Source: a bacterium (lineage in GTDB: Bacteria > Oederibacteriota > PGYV01 > Palsa-1178). From it: DNA of 38,646 nt. The notes under the pieces are model-generated. The model did not search any database. It was given only the letters and a program-made list of their open reading frames with translations, and was not told the DNA's origin. The stretch is from contig JBAXIL010000014.1 in the NCBI GenBank assembly GCA_037138355.1, positions 1-38,646 on the forward strand. The letters are read 5' to 3'. Shown in pieces: positions 17,032-26,840 of the stretch. The position numbers were made by a program, and so were the translations under genes. Positions within the stretch are counted from its first letter, which is position 1. Every line of letters begins with the position of its first letter.

Positions 17032-19671
17032 TTATAAGTATTTGTCTTTCAATTCTTTTAATTTAAGTAATGCTTCCACAGGAGTGATAGTATCTAAGTC
17101 AATTTTTTCAACTTCTATCTTAAGTCGAGAATCATTTGAAGAAAACAAATCTAATTGAGGAGCTTCTGTGGCATTATCAGCGCCTATCTTTGGCTTACCG
17201 TCTTTAGTATAATTGGCTTTTTCAAGATCAGAAAGAATCTGATTTGCTCTTTCAATAACTAAACCAGGCAAACCAGCAAGCTGTGCCACATGTATTCCAT
17301 AACTGCGGTCAGTTGAACCTTTAATAATTTTTCGAAGAAATATTATTTTATCGCCCCATTCTTTTACTTGTATATTATAATTTTTTACACCTTTTAAATT
17401 TTCAGCCAATTCCGTTAACTCATAATAATGAGTTGCAAAAAGAGTTTTTGCTTTCACATGACTATGAATATATTCTGTAATGGCCCATGCGATAGACACC
17501 CCATCAAATGTAGAAGTTCCCCTACCTACTTCATCAAGTAAGATTAGCGATTTAGAAGTAGCATTGTTTAAAATATTTGCAGTTTCAATCATTTCTACCA
17601 TAAAAGTAGATTGCCCTCTTGCAAGATGGTCAGATGCACCTACGCGAGTAAATATCTTATCCACTACTCCTATTCTCGCGCGCTTGGCAGGAATAAACGA
17701 ACCAGCCTGTGCCATAATTATTATTATTGCTGTTTGCCTCATATAAGTTGATTTTCCTGCCATGTTAGGACCAGTTATTACCATAATCATATTATCTTTT
17801 GTATCCAGTTTTGTGTCATTTGAAATGAATTCATTATAACCCAAGCTTCTTTCTATTACTGGATGTCTGCCTTCTTCTATATCTATTTGTTCTGAATTAT
17901 CAATAATTGGTCTAATATAATTTCCATTAATTGCAGCAGTTGTCAAAGCTAAAAGACAATCAAGACTTGCTAACCTCGATGAAGCGTCTTGAAGTGCAGC
18001 AATATTTGCAGAAAGTTTTTCTCTTATTTCGCTAAAAATTTTATACTCAAGTGCCATGATTTTATCCTGAGCACCAAGTATCTTGCTTTCGTATTCCTTA
18101 AGTTCAGGTGTTACAAATCTTTCCGCATTAACCAAAGTTTGTTTTCTTATATAGTTTTCTGGAATATTTTTCAAATTTGCTTTACTAATTTCAATATAAT
18201 AACCAAATACCGATGTGTAACCAACTTTAAGCGAACCAATACCACTTCTTTTTCTTTCATCTTCTTGCAAAGAAGCAATCCAATCTTTACCATCACTACT
18301 CACATTCTTTAAAGCAGCGAGCTCTTTATCATAAGCAGGACGGATTATCCCACCTTCTTTTATAGATATGGGCGGTTCTTCTACTATAGAATTACTTATC
18401 AGCAGGCACATATCCTTTAACACCTGTGAGTTAAACATAAAGTTTTTAATTAAAAGACTGTTTGAACTTGATTTAATAACCTCTCCGGCACGAGCCGCGT
18501 TCTCAAGTCCTTTCTTTAAAGCATTTAAATCCCTTCCATTAGCAGTTTGACTACCAAGCTTTCCTGTTATTCTTTCTATATCAGAAATTTCCTTAAGTAC
18601 TTCTTTCAAATTTTCCCTTGTCTCAGAATAATCATAAAAGAATTGTATTATATCTTGTCGCTCTATTATTTTAGAAATATCAGTTAATGGATTTATAAGC
18701 CATTTTTTTAGTTCCCTGCTTCCCATAGAGGTTAAAGTATGGTCCAAAACACCAAATAAAGTAGTATCGTCTGCTTTTACAGATGATTCAGTAACCTCAA
18801 GGTTTCTTAGCGATACAGCATCTATATATAAAAGGTCATGCCGTGAACGCAGTACAAGCTTAGAAATATGATATAACACTGTTTTTTGTGTTTCATATAT
18901 GTAAGCAATCAAGCTACCCGCAGCACCAATAACAGTATCCTTTGCTTCTATACCAAAACCATCCAGATTTATTACACCAAAATGTTCTTTGAGCTTTTCA
19001 GTCGAGACATCCTTTTGATAGTTCCATCCTGAATACATATTCACATAAACCCTGTGAGTTCCGGCTTTTACACGGTCAATAAGATTTCTTGTTATGATTT
19101 TATCATCAGCATAATTATCAGGAAGAAGTAACTCAGTTGGTTGGATCTTTTCTATCTCATCAATTATCAAATCATAATTTCCTTTGTATTCAATTTCTTG
19201 GCAAAAGAACTCACCAGTTGTGATATCTAAAAAAGCCATTCCTGCAATTTGTTTATCAATACAAACAGACATTATATAGTTATTTGTTTTTCTATCCAAA
19301 GCAGATTCTTCGAGCACCGTACCAGGAGTAATTACTTTAACAACTTCACGCTTCACCAAACCTTTAGCATCTTTAGGATCTTCAACCTGTTCGCATATTG
19401 CTACCTTGTACCCTGCAGTAATAAGCTTGTATATGTAAGAATTTGCAGCATGAAATGGTATGCCGCACATAGGAATTTTTACTTGTCTGCCATCTCCAGA
19501 ACTTCTTGATGTTAAAGCTATTTGCATGACTTTTGACGCAAGCTTAGCATCATCACCAAACATTTCATAAAAATCACCAAGTCGAAAAAACAAAATAGCA
19601 TCGCCGACTTTCTTTTTAGTCTCTAAGTACTGTTTCATCATTGGTGTTAGTTCTGACATTTTATCCTTCAT
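17032..19671 (-). CDS. mutS: DNA mismatch repair protein MutS
   Basis: TPMMKQY, FFRLGDFYEMF, TGPNMAGKST, STFMVEM, DEVGRGTST, FATHY, SYGIHVA. Confidence 0.98.
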   Translation of the reverse strand: MKDKMSELTPMMKQYLETKKKVGDAILFFRLGDFYEMFGDDAKLASKVMQIALTSRSSGDGRQVKIPMCGIPFHAANSYIYKLITAGYKVAICEQVEDPKDAKGLVKREVVKVITPGTVLEESALDRKTNNYIMSVCIDKQIAGMAFLDITTGEFFCQEIEYKGNYDLIIDEIEKIQPTELLLPDNYADDKIITRNLIDRVKAGTHRVYVNMYSGWNYQKDVSTEKLKEHFGVINLDGFGIEAKDTVIGAAGSLIAYIYETQKTVLYHISKLVLRSRHDLLYIDAVSLRNLEVTESSVKADDTTLFGVLDHTLTSMGSRELKKWLINPLTDISKIIERQDIIQFFYDYSETRENLKEVLKEISDIERITGKLGSQTANGRDLNALKKGLENAARAGEVIKSSSNSLLIKNFMFNSQVLKDMCLLISNSIVEEPPISIKEGGIIRPAYDKELAALKNVSSDGKDWIASLQEDERKRSGIGSLKVGYTSVFGYYIEISKANLKNIPENYIRKQTLVNAERFVTPELKEYESKILGAQDKIMALEYKIFSEIREKLSANIAALQDASSRLASLDCLLALTTAAINGNYIRPIIDNSEQIDIEEGRHPVIERSLGYNEFISNDTKLDTKDNMIMVITGPNMAGKSTYMRQTAIIIIMAQAGSFIPAKRARIGVVDKIFTRVGASDHLARGQSTFMVEMIETANILNNATSKSLILLDEVGRGTSTFDGVSIAWAITEYIHSHVKAKTLFATHYYELTELAENLKGVKNYNIQVKEWGDKIIFLRKIIKGSTDRSYGIHVAQLAGLPGLVIERANQILSDLEKANYTKDGKPKIGADNATEAPQLDLFSSNDSRLKIEVEKIDLDTITPVEALLKLKELKDKYL

Positions 19672-19715
19672 ATTTTGAATTTAAGTCAAGCTACTCGTAA
19701 CAAGACACTTAAAAC

Positions 19716-19742
19716 AAAAAAACGACCATGCACGGTCGTTTG
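19716..19742 (-). terminator. Intrinsic terminator after the TPR gene pair
   Basis: Minus strand AAACGACCG-TGCA-TGGTCGTTTTTTT. Confidence 0.8.
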
Positions 19743-19770
19743 CTGTTCGTTGCGTGTATCACTGCTGGTA

Positions 19771-20703
19771 TTACAACTCTTCGTTGGCTTCTGTTCTTTG
19801 CTTATTGATTTTCTTATCCATTAATTTAAGACCTTTTTCAACATTTTTACGCCATATAGTTTCAGGGAACATCTGTAGCAAAGAAGTATATACATCTTTT
19901 GCTAATTTATATTCACCCAATTTATAATAGGATTTACCTAAACCGTATAAAGCTTCTTCCTGAAAGAAGTTATCCTTATGCGTAAGTTCATTAAAGGCAT
20001 TCTTCGCAGATATAAAATCATTTTTTTCCATATTTGCCTGTGCGAGATGCAGCAAAGAAAGCGAATATAAAACTTTATTCTTGTCAGAATCAGTGACCTT
20101 TTGATATTTTGCTATCGCCCTATCATAATCCTTGCGACCTGAATATATATCGCCTGAGTAAATCGCTGCCCAACTATGAAACCATAACTCATTTTGATAA
20201 TTATTTAATATCTCATTAAAACAACGGAGTGCTTCATCTTTATTGCCAGTTTGTTTATATATAGCCGCCTCATTAAAATATGCCATAACAGCAAACTCAC
20301 CTTTGGGATAATTTCTCAAATACAATTCATAGGCTTTCACTGCCTGTACTGCCATATTCTGAGTTGTCCTGATTCTACCTATAGCAAAATATGCTTCTTC
20401 AGCAACATGTAAAGTTGAGTATTTTTCAATTAGAGTTTTGTATTCTGCGATAGCATCATCATATTTATTCATTTTTTCATAATTTAAAGCAACTTGCAGA
20501 ATGCTTCGAGGGACCCACTCAGTGTCAGGATATAATTGTTTGACTCTCATATAAACTTTTATTGCTTCAGCATACTTGCCTTTTTCTGACAATGTTTTTG
20601 CTTCAGTAAAAGGATCTATTGAAAAAACAAATTGGAACATTAACATCTGAAAAATTACTAATAAGAAAAATAACTTTTTACTCTGCATAAAATTTATCTT
20701 CAA
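19771..20703 (-). CDS. Secreted tetratricopeptide-repeat protein (start may be 20688)
   Basis: Signal-peptide-like N-terminus, several CpoB/BamD-like TPRs (A...Y..L...YP). Confidence 0.75.
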   Translation of the reverse strand: MKINFMQSKKLFFLLVIFQMLMFQFVFSIDPFTEAKTLSEKGKYAEAIKVYMRVKQLYPDTEWVPRSILQVALNYEKMNKYDDAIAEYKTLIEKYSTLHVAEEAYFAIGRIRTTQNMAVQAVKAYELYLRNYPKGEFAVMAYFNEAAIYKQTGNKDEALRCFNEILNNYQNELWFHSWAAIYSGDIYSGRKDYDRAIAKYQKVTDSDKNKVLYSLSLLHLAQANMEKNDFISAKNAFNELTHKDNFFQEEALYGLGKSYYKLGEYKLAKDVYTSLLQMFPETIWRKNVEKGLKLMDKKINKQRTEANEEL

Positions 20704-21799
20704 TCGCCTTGTGAGATTTTAAGCTTTTAATTCTTTCTTCTGCCTGCAAAGTATAAACATCGTATTTATAATATTCATTTATCACTATAGAGTATGCTTC
20801 TCTTGCATTTCTATACTCTCCCGCAAGCTTGTAAGTATCACCAATATGTATAGCCGCCTTCGGAGCCCACTCAGTATTTTTATATTTGTACATTATCAAT
20901 TTATATTCCTTCACCGCACTTTTAAATCTGCTCGTTTGCGCATAAAGCTGAGCGAGTTGAAAACGCCCCTGAATTTCTGAAGCAGAATTTGGAAATGACT
21001 TTACAATATTTTTATATATAAGTTCTACTTTTTTATAATTGCCCTGTTTCATATATATATTGGCTAAGCTGAAATAAGCTCTTATGTCAGCTATTTTACT
21101 TGGACCTCTTAGTATTATATCTTTATAAATCTCAATTGCTTGTGGATATTTTTCAAGCTTAACATAACAACCTGCTAATCTATAATTTGCTTCTATCGAG
21201 ATATCGAGTTTTGGGTTTTCTGCCAACACCTTTTGGTACTGTGCGATGGCATTATCATATTGCAAAGCGTATTCATAAGCATTTGCCAAAGAATATCTTA
21301 TGGTATGAAGATTTTTTGATGTTGAATAATTTGTTAGCAATCTCATCCATATTTCAGAAGCCCCTTCATAGTCCTCTATATCATAATACTTTTTTCCTTC
21401 TTTATATAAATCCTGCACATCCTGTTCCATTTGCTGTCTTGTTTTTGCTTGAGCTTCAATATTAATTTCATTTGATTTATTCATTGTTTGACTTTTATCT
21501 TTTATTACGCGATTGGCAGTAGCTTCTTTTTTGGCAACTGATAAATTATTATTTTGATTCAAAGCTGGTTCAGAAGAACCAGACATACCATCTAAAGGAT
21601 TTACTACGGCTCCACTGGTTGCAGTGTTATTTTCATTAGGAACAGGTGTATCTCCCGCAAATATGTCAGACACATTTACAGTGTTTTCATTTACTGTTGT
21701 TTCATTACCATTCGAAAAAGCTTCAGACTCATCTTGACAAATAATAAAAACAGGCAAAACAAGCATAAATATAAAGGTAAAACACAGTAATCTTTTCAT
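20678..21799 (-). CDS. Secreted TPR protein with low-complexity N/T/S-rich linker
   Basis: Start set at ATG 21799 after AAGGAG. Hydrophobic signal, disordered linker, about six TPRs. Confidence 0.75.
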   Translation of the reverse strand: MKRLLCFTFIFMLVLPVFIICQDESEAFSNGNETTVNENTVNVSDIFAGDTPVPNENNTATSGAVVNPLDGMSGSSEPALNQNNNLSVAKKEATANRVIKDKSQTMNKSNEINIEAQAKTRQQMEQDVQDLYKEGKKYYDIEDYEGASEIWMRLLTNYSTSKNLHTIRYSLANAYEYALQYDNAIAQYQKVLAENPKLDISIEANYRLAGCYVKLEKYPQAIEIYKDIILRGPSKIADIRAYFSLANIYMKQGNYKKVELIYKNIVKSFPNSASEIQGRFQLAQLYAQTSRFKSAVKEYKLIMYKYKNTEWAPKAAIHIGDTYKLAGEYRNAREAYSIVINEYYKYDVYTLQAEERIKSLKSHKAIEDKFYAE

Positions 21800-21827
21800 T
21801 AATTTCTCCTTTTTCATTGTATAAAAC

Positions 21828-21856
21828 AGAATATCATAAGGGTAATAGTTTGTCAA
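21828..21856 (-). promoter_or_regulatory. Sigma70-type promoter of the TPR pair
   Basis: TTGACA-17 nt-TATTCT with extended TGn. It overlaps the ORF-track 5' extension, which supports the later start. Confidence 0.6.
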
Positions 21857-21954
21857 TTATAAGTAAATCAATAAACTTGAACACCTTTGCACCAATATAC
21901 TAAGTGTAGATGTGACTCAAAAGGACTTAATTCATCCACTTTTATACAACAATA

Positions 21955-24306
21955 CTATATATTTACTTCTACCACACACTTTGCTACAACTTGTATAGGG
22001 ATGACATTTCCTATTATTGGTTTTCCGTCAACAACAATACCTTTATCGCCACGCTTGACTCTTATATCATACTCGCAACCACGATATATTCTTTTTACTG
22101 TGTACCCGTTCCAGGTTGACGGTATTCTTGGCAACACGGAAAGACCATTCAAAGTAGGTTTTATTCCAAGTATATACTGGGTTGCAGCAACATACATCCA
22201 AGAAGCAGTTCCTGTAAGCCAAGAATTTGCTCCCTCTCCAACATTCAAACCATCATTAGAAACTATAGTCTGGCAAAAAACATAAGGTTCAGTTTTTAAT
22301 ATTTCAGCATTGTCATTATTTTTTAAAGGTAATATATTTTTATAGTATTCAAAAGCTAAATCTGGTCGGTCTAATACACATTCTGCCACTATAGCCCAAG
22401 CATTGGCATGTGAAAAAATGCCATTTTCCTTGCGGCCTGTATTATACCTGGATATTAATCCATAAGTTTGATCATATTTATCAAAAGGTGGCCAAAGTTT
22501 CTTAACTCCTTCTTTAGAAGCAAGATATTTATTTACACTGTCCATACATAACAAAGATTTATCACGCGGTGCAGCCCCAGATATCACACTCCAAACTTGT
22601 GAGTTTAAAAATATTTTTGCTTTCTCACTTTTTTGCGTTCCTATTACTTTGCTTCCAAAACCACGGACATACCAATTTCCGTCCCAACACTTTTGATTAA
22701 TAATTAAAGACATTTGATCTGCACGCTCATTTAATAATTTTGTCTCTGTCGGATTTGATATCTCTTCACTTAATTGTGCTAAAAGTCTTAAAGCATAAAC
22801 ATATAGCTCCGCAGTTAAGACCGATTCAGGTTCTTTAGCTTCCATCCATAAATGAAGTGTATCATTCCAATCAGCCGTAAGAATAAGTGGCAAACCATGT
22901 ACGCCTTTCATTTTTTCAGTATAATTAACCGCATCAAGCAAATGTTGATATATGGAAGCTTTCTTTGTCGAATCTGCATAACCACATTCCTCATTTAATA
23001 TGCCGCTATCACCAGTCTCTGCTATATATGCATGAACCATTTGGATTAACCATAGATGATCATCAGAAAAGCCTTTTAAATCGCCTTTCCCACCATTAGG
23101 AAAAAACTGATGGTAAGTGTCACCAGTTTCAAACTGGCAAGTAGAAATAATCATAAATATTCTGGTTTTTGCTCGCTCAGGCATTTGTGAATTTATTGCC
23201 AGAGTATCTTGACACGAATCGCGGGTACCCATACCACGACCTTCGCCATTTTCATAATATGAAATGTAGCGCGACCAATCAAAAGTCGTCTTGCACTGAT
23301 ACTGATTCCAAATATTTACCATGAGATTAAAATCTTTATCAGGCGTTTTAACTGAAAAATTATTAAAATATGTGCTCCAAACATTTTTTACTTTTTCCAA
23401 TGCTTCCGTAGTGTTTTTTTCATTACTAAAAAAATCTCGTACTTGGGCTGCTTCTTCGGCTGTTTTAGCATAACCCAAAACCACTGTAATTGTTTTTTCT
23501 TCACCTGGGTTCAGTACTATAGAAGTTCTCAATGCGGCGCAACCATTGCCGCCACGAAGTATAGAGTTTGAAAGTTTTTCATTAGCCAAAGCCACAGGGT
23601 TGGATTCTGTATTGTACATGCCTATGAACTTATCCCTTACGCATTCAAAATCCAGTACTTTTTCACTCATTCCCATAAAAGCATAACCAGGCCGGTCTCC
23701 TACATAATTTTTATTTGCCTGCATATCAAACGCCGGATGCGGCTCAATGAAATCATATAAGACCATATCATTGGCAAAAGATCCTTTCGTTAAGTGCAAG
23801 GACCATTGTATATTTCTTGACTCTGGTTCACACCACATTGAAAATTCGGAATACGAATATATAGATAGTTTTTTTGGAGAACTAGAAGTGTTTTTTATTT
23901 TCATGCTCCATATCTCACAATCATGATCGGTCGGAACAAAATACGATATTTTAGTTTCTATTTTTTCAAAAACCTGACTGATTATAGTATATCCCTGTCC
24001 ATGCCTACACTCATACGAATCCGGAGTTTTATCAACTGGCTGGCATGTCGGTGAAAAATAGCTTCCTGTTTCTTCATCTTTAATATAAAAATATCTTCCC
24101 GGCCTATCTATTGGTATATTATTGCATCTATATTTTGTAAGCCTTCTATCGCGAGGGTCTTTATGAAAAGAAAAACCTCCTGCTGTTTGACTTATAATGC
24201 CGCAGTACCCACGCATGTTTGAGATATAATTAATCCACGGTGATGGCGTATGCGGATTAGTTATAATATATTCCCTACCATTTTCAGAAAAATAACCATA
24301 ACGCAT
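21955..24306 (-). CDS. GH94 glycoside phosphorylase (cellobiose/chitobiose/cellodextrin phosphorylase family)
   Basis: MRYGYF...REYII..P.TP.PWINY, D.PGRYFY, GRGMGTRDSCQD, SDDHLWL, ADWND (catalytic Asp), KENGIFSH, EPYV, SWLTGTASW. Confidence 0.93.
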   Translation of the reverse strand: MRYGYFSENGREYIITNPHTPSPWINYISNMRGYCGIISQTAGGFSFHKDPRDRRLTKYRCNNIPIDRPGRYFYIKDEETGSYFSPTCQPVDKTPDSYECRHGQGYTIISQVFEKIETKISYFVPTDHDCEIWSMKIKNTSSSPKKLSIYSYSEFSMWCEPESRNIQWSLHLTKGSFANDMVLYDFIEPHPAFDMQANKNYVGDRPGYAFMGMSEKVLDFECVRDKFIGMYNTESNPVALANEKLSNSILRGGNGCAALRTSIVLNPGEEKTITVVLGYAKTAEEAAQVRDFFSNEKNTTEALEKVKNVWSTYFNNFSVKTPDKDFNLMVNIWNQYQCKTTFDWSRYISYYENGEGRGMGTRDSCQDTLAINSQMPERAKTRIFMIISTCQFETGDTYHQFFPNGGKGDLKGFSDDHLWLIQMVHAYIAETGDSGILNEECGYADSTKKASIYQHLLDAVNYTEKMKGVHGLPLILTADWNDTLHLWMEAKEPESVLTAELYVYALRLLAQLSEEISNPTETKLLNERADQMSLIINQKCWDGNWYVRGFGSKVIGTQKSEKAKIFLNSQVWSVISGAAPRDKSLLCMDSVNKYLASKEGVKKLWPPFDKYDQTYGLISRYNTGRKENGIFSHANAWAIVAECVLDRPDLAFEYYKNILPLKNNDNAEILKTEPYVFCQTIVSNDGLNVGEGANSWLTGTASWMYVAATQYILGIKPTLNGLSVLPRIPSTWNGYTVKRIYRGCEYDIRVKRGDKGIVVDGKPIIGNVIPIQVVAKCVVEVNI

Positions 24307-24363
24307 AAAATGCTCCTTTTAAATGAGAAATAAAAATGTAATCAGCGACTTCAAAACAGATAA

Positions 24364-24392
24364 ATTATAGTTAAAAGGACAGTATTAGTCAA
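24364..24392 (-). promoter_or_regulatory. Sigma70-type promoter of the GH94 gene
   Basis: TTGACT-17 nt-TATAAT. Confidence 0.8.
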
Positions 24393-24436
24393 ATGAAAAC
24401 ATATGTTGATTGCATAATACAAATACCCTAATGTTC

Positions 24437-24465
24437 TTGACTATACACATGATTATCTTTATACT
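24437..24465 (+). promoter_or_regulatory. Sigma70-type divergent promoter of the O-antigen-ligase-like gene
   Basis: TTGACT-17 nt-TATACT. Confidence 0.75.
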
Positions 24466-24508
24466 GATTAATATTCACCTAAAGAAAATATACTAACTGA
24501 GGTTATTT

Positions 24509-26761
24509 ATGGCGAAAGACATTAGCACTCATAAAAAAACAGAACTTACCGATAGTTTCCCATCTATATGGTTAGACAAGCTCGTCTTTTGGCTGCTTTT
24601 AGTAACCGTAGTAGCACTTCCTCTATATTTTAACATTATGTCTTTTGATCAGTTTGAATTACCCAAACTCACCTTGCTCAGAATCATAACTACTATCATG
24701 ACAGCACTTTGGCTTGTCAGAATGTTAGAAAAAGGCAAGTTTGAATTTATCCAAACACCACTCGACTTGCCCTTGCTTGGCTTTGCTATCATGAACTTAG
24801 TAACCACATTTACAAGCTTTGCTCCTCAGCTTTCATTTCGTGGTGAATATGAGAACTTTGCTGGTTCTCTTTCAACCCTAAATTATATATTGATTTATTT
24901 TATTGCTGTTAATCATATTAATACTTTACCAAGAATAAAAGCCTTCAATTATGCTATTTTAATCAGTGGGGCTATAATTACCATTTATGCCATTTCTCAA
25001 TTTTTTGGCTATGACATTGTTCAGTGGAGCGAAGATTCCTTAATCAAAGGCAGATACTTTGCCTCTATGGGTAATCCGAATTTTCTCGGAGCCTTGCTTG
25101 CTATGATTATTCCAATAAATTTAGCTTTGCTTCTAATTAATATAAGAAATAAAAAATATATAGTTTCGGCTTCTTTATTGCTCTTATGTATTCTTATGTA
25201 TATAGCATTATTTGGAACTCAAAGCCGCGCTCCATTTCTTGCCTTTGTAGCTTCCCTTTTTGTTTTTGGTATTTATTGGTTAAGTACTCTAATGAAAAAT
25301 GCGACAGCCCAACCAGTACTTGCCTCAAAACACACTTTTGCTTTTTTATCTAATGAATTACCCAAACATCGCAAGGTTTTAGCTTTTGTTCTTGGACTAA
25401 TAATTGTGACATCTACTTTGAGTATAACCATAGGTAGAGAAGCCACAAACAGATTATGGAACTCTATAGCAAATGTTAAACAAAGCTTAGCAGTTTCAAG
25501 ACTACACATTTGGATCCCAGCTCTTAAAATCATTAATGAGAATCCAATTTTAGGAACAGGCGTAGATACCTTCAAAAGTGTTTTTCCTAAATACGCAGGC
25601 ACAAACTTTGCTCAAATTGACGGTGCGAATGTTTCATCTCGTACTGCGCATAATGAGCTTTTAAATATAGCTGCAACAATGGGAATCACCACACTTGGCA
25701 TTTACTTATTGCTCATTTTATCTTATATTCTCATGTGGTATAGAGCTTTCAAACGCATCTCAGATAACAATATACGCCTTATTTCAATTGCTATGTTTGC
25801 TTCTTTTATTGCCTATTTTGTTCAAAATTTATTTTCCTTTGGCGTAGCTGCCATCAATACTTATCTTTATATGATTTTTGCAGCACACGCGATAATTTAT
25901 TGTTCTTTGTTTGGTTCAAAAATATATTTAATTAATCTATTTGAGCCTGCTAACAATAAATCAAAATTCATTAAGTACTCTCTTCAGATTGTAGTCATAT
26001 TGCTTGCTGCATTTTTTTCATATGAGGCCTACATGATATACTCCGCTGATGTTCACTACAATAAAGCGAAAAATTTTGGGTTGCGTAATAAATGGGACAT
26101 TGCCGTAGAAGAACATATAAAAGCAGTTAACGAAGCACCTCACGAAGTTAAATATTATGTTTATCTGGCTTTAGCCTATGAGAAGCTGGCAATGATTACT
26201 CAGGACAGAAATCAGCAACTCATGCTTATACACAAAGCAGCAGAATCTTACACAGTCGGTGTAAAAATAAATCCAGGAAATTCATACTATTGGGGAAACT
26301 TAGGACGCATATATGCTCTACTTGCCAGATATGAAGATATTAAATACCTACAGACATCAATTGACGATTACAAAATGGCTATAAAAGAAGCGCCTGTAAC
26401 AGGATTATTTTATGGCAATCTTATAGATCTATATCTAAACATTAATATGCCTGATAATGCCCTGCCCTATATACAAAAACTTGAGCTTTATGACACAAAA
26501 CTTGCTTCAAATGCCTATTTTTTACTTGGCAACTATTACTTTGGAAAAAAGCACTTGGCTGAAGCTATAGCTGCTTATCATAAATCAATTGATTTAAACC
26601 CAGATTTTTCAATGGGATATTACAATTTAGGAGTTGCTTGTGCTGCAAGTGGTAGTAAAAAAGAAGCAATTGTATATTTAAGAAAATATATAGAACTATC
26701 GCCCACCTCCGACATGGTAGCAAACGCAAAAAAGATATTGAAAGATTACGGATTAAAATAA
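24509..26761 (+). CDS. O-antigen ligase / O-oligosaccharyltransferase-like (Wzy_C) membrane protein with C-terminal TPRs
   Basis: About 12 TM segments, GNPNF, TQSR, R..IW...PILGTG...F, AHNE, followed by TPRs. Confidence 0.85.
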   Translation: MAKDISTHKKTELTDSFPSIWLDKLVFWLLLVTVVALPLYFNIMSFDQFELPKLTLLRIITTIMTALWLVRMLEKGKFEFIQTPLDLPLLGFAIMNLVTTFTSFAPQLSFRGEYENFAGSLSTLNYILIYFIAVNHINTLPRIKAFNYAILISGAIITIYAISQFFGYDIVQWSEDSLIKGRYFASMGNPNFLGALLAMIIPINLALLLINIRNKKYIVSASLLLLCILMYIALFGTQSRAPFLAFVASLFVFGIYWLSTLMKNATAQPVLASKHTFAFLSNELPKHRKVLAFVLGLIIVTSTLSITIGREATNRLWNSIANVKQSLAVSRLHIWIPALKIINENPILGTGVDTFKSVFPKYAGTNFAQIDGANVSSRTAHNELLNIAATMGITTLGIYLLLILSYILMWYRAFKRISDNNIRLISIAMFASFIAYFVQNLFSFGVAAINTYLYMIFAAHAIIYCSLFGSKIYLINLFEPANNKSKFIKYSLQIVVILLAAFFSYEAYMIYSADVHYNKAKNFGLRNKWDIAVEEHIKAVNEAPHEVKYYVYLALAYEKLAMITQDRNQQLMLIHKAAESYTVGVKINPGNSYYWGNLGRIYALLARYEDIKYLQTSIDDYKMAIKEAPVTGLFYGNLIDLYLNINMPDNALPYIQKLELYDTKLASNAYFLLGNYYFGKKHLAEAIAAYHKSIDLNPDFSMGYYNLGVACAASGSKKEAIVYLRKYIELSPTSDMVANAKKILKDYGLK

Positions 26762-26778
26762 CAATAATAAAAATTGAC

Positions 26779-26814
26779 AAAAAAAAAGACTGGCCTGATG
26801 CCGTCTTTTTTTTT
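26779..26814. terminator. Bidirectional intrinsic terminator between convergent genes
   Basis: A9-GAC(T)GGC-CTGAT-GCCGTC-T9. Confidence 0.85.
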
Positions 26815-26840
26815 ATGAACAAGCTTTATATTAACAATAT

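Noticed and set aside
26788..26805. Terminator loop C-CTGAT-G resembling the ANTAR-type loops
   Set aside because: Loop is 5 nt rather than 6, single, and between unrelated convergent genes. It does caution that GAT-ending loops can occur in ordinary terminators.
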